A stretch of 63,371 nucleotides of DNA, counting the filler, from Octopus bimaculoides (lineage: Eukaryota), in assembly GCF_001194135.2 (NCBI RefSeq). It is 4 parts of 4 records of this genome, joined end to end, with 100 filler letters (N's around TTAATTAATTAA, not from the genome) between each part and the next. Parts side by side here need not be neighbours in the genome. Positions count along the whole stretch, not along the records: positions 61,451 to 63,371 come from NW_026315697.1; 3 more parts are not named here. One strand, written 5' to 3'. Numbering within the stretch: position 1 is the first letter of the stretch; every line of letters begins with the position of its first letter. Position numbers and translations under genes: made by a program. This document shows positions 62,335 through 63,371 of the stretch, one piece after another. The notes under the pieces are model-generated. The model saw only the letters and a list, made by a program, of their open reading frames with translations. It was not told the origin of the DNA and did no database searches.

Positions 62335-63371
62335 NNNNNNNNNNNNNNNNNNNNNNNNNNNNNNNNNNNNNNNNNNNNNNNNNNNNNNNNNNNNNNNNNN
62401 NNNNNNNNNNNNNNNNNNNNNNNNNNNNNNNNNNNNNNNNNNNNNNNNNNNNNNNNNNNNNNNNNNNNNNNNNNNNNNNNNNNNNNNNNNNNNNNNNNNN
62501 NNNNNNNNNNNNNNNNNNNNNNNNNNNNNNNNNNNNNNNNNNNNNNNNNNNNNNNNNNNNNNNNNNNNNNNNNNNNNNNNNNNNNNNNNNNNNNNNNNNN
62601 NNNNNNNNNNNNNNNNNNNNNNNNNNNNNNNNNNNNNNNNNNNNNNNNNNNNNNNNNNNNNNNNNNNNNNNNNNNNNNNNNNNNNNNNNNNNNNNNNNNN
62701 NNNNNNNNNNNNNNNNNNNNNNNNNNNNATATATATATATATATATATATATACACATTCATACATACACGCACGTAAATATATATTTTCACACTGCTAT
62801 TTGGTAAGCCAAAGAAAGACTGTTCGTTTTGGCATTTGCTCAGATTTTTAAAACAAACCTGATTTGATTGTTTCCACGGTACTATTGTTACTGTAACTTT
62901 TCTTGTTGTTGCTATCATTGCTGCTGTTGCTACTGCTACTGGTGTTACTGTTGTTGTTGTTGTTTTTGTTGTATATATTTTCAGCTCTCCCGATGATTAC
63001 CTAAAGTATTTCAACATTATTAATCACTTTCTGTTCAGGTTATATTTTGCTTCTGGGACTATGTATCAATCAGTCGCATTTATATTCTCTTCCGTATCTT
63101 CCTCTACCGACAACTAAAGGCACGCATAGATATTATACGCAATACAACACAAGCACGGAAGTATATATATATATATATGCATACAACAGCTATGCTTTAC
63201 ACACATCGAACATACAAAAACACACAAATGTACACATACATTACACAACACACCACAAACAACATTACCCGTAAAATCCTGCAGGCAAACATACACTCGA
63301 ACGCGTGCATGCATAAACATGTATAAACATATACACAAGGAAAAATAAACACATACATACATACATATATA

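Noticed and set aside
63040-63120. YILLLGLCI resembling a late TMC7 helix (candidate further exon)
   Set aside because: The flanking residues do not match, it is on a different scaffold piece, there is no convincing donor site, and the intervening TMC exons are missing.
7428-63362. Many ORF-track entries rich in YI/CV/HT or X
   Set aside because: Translations of dinucleotide or tetranucleotide microsatellites and N gaps, not proteins.

Overview
AT-rich, repeat-dense animal genomic DNA. The SINE, LINE and microsatellite content suggests an octopus-like coleoid cephalopod (inference, not proven). The window is four assembly pieces joined by artificial 100-bp spacers (N44-TTAATTAATTAA-N44 at 16524, 29915 and 61351) and has many internal N gaps. 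Host genes: one exon of an axonemal outer-arm dynein heavy chain (AAA1 P-loop, 6413-6569, +) and six consecutive, phase-compatible exons of a TMC (transmembrane channel-like, TMC7-type) gene (37401-55404, +). The rest is mostly decayed mobile DNA: Penelope-like elements (PLEs), HERO, Dong/R4, RTE, L1/Tx1, Tc1/mariner/maT, a Helitron end, several tRNA-derived SINE families and microsatellites. The most interesting layer is non-coding: about six sequence-distinct families of PLE-type minimal hammerhead ribozyme (HHR) motifs. These include (i) a PLE 3' end carrying a tRNA-like A/B-box cassette just upstream of an HHR, tied to an inverted pseudo-LTR of a PLE 17 kb away, (ii) a retrozyme-like ~335-nt HHR tandem array with an internal fold-back, and (iii) an apparently intact HHR at 26070-26158. 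All assignments were made by eye from motifs and base-pairing; no searches or folding programs were run.
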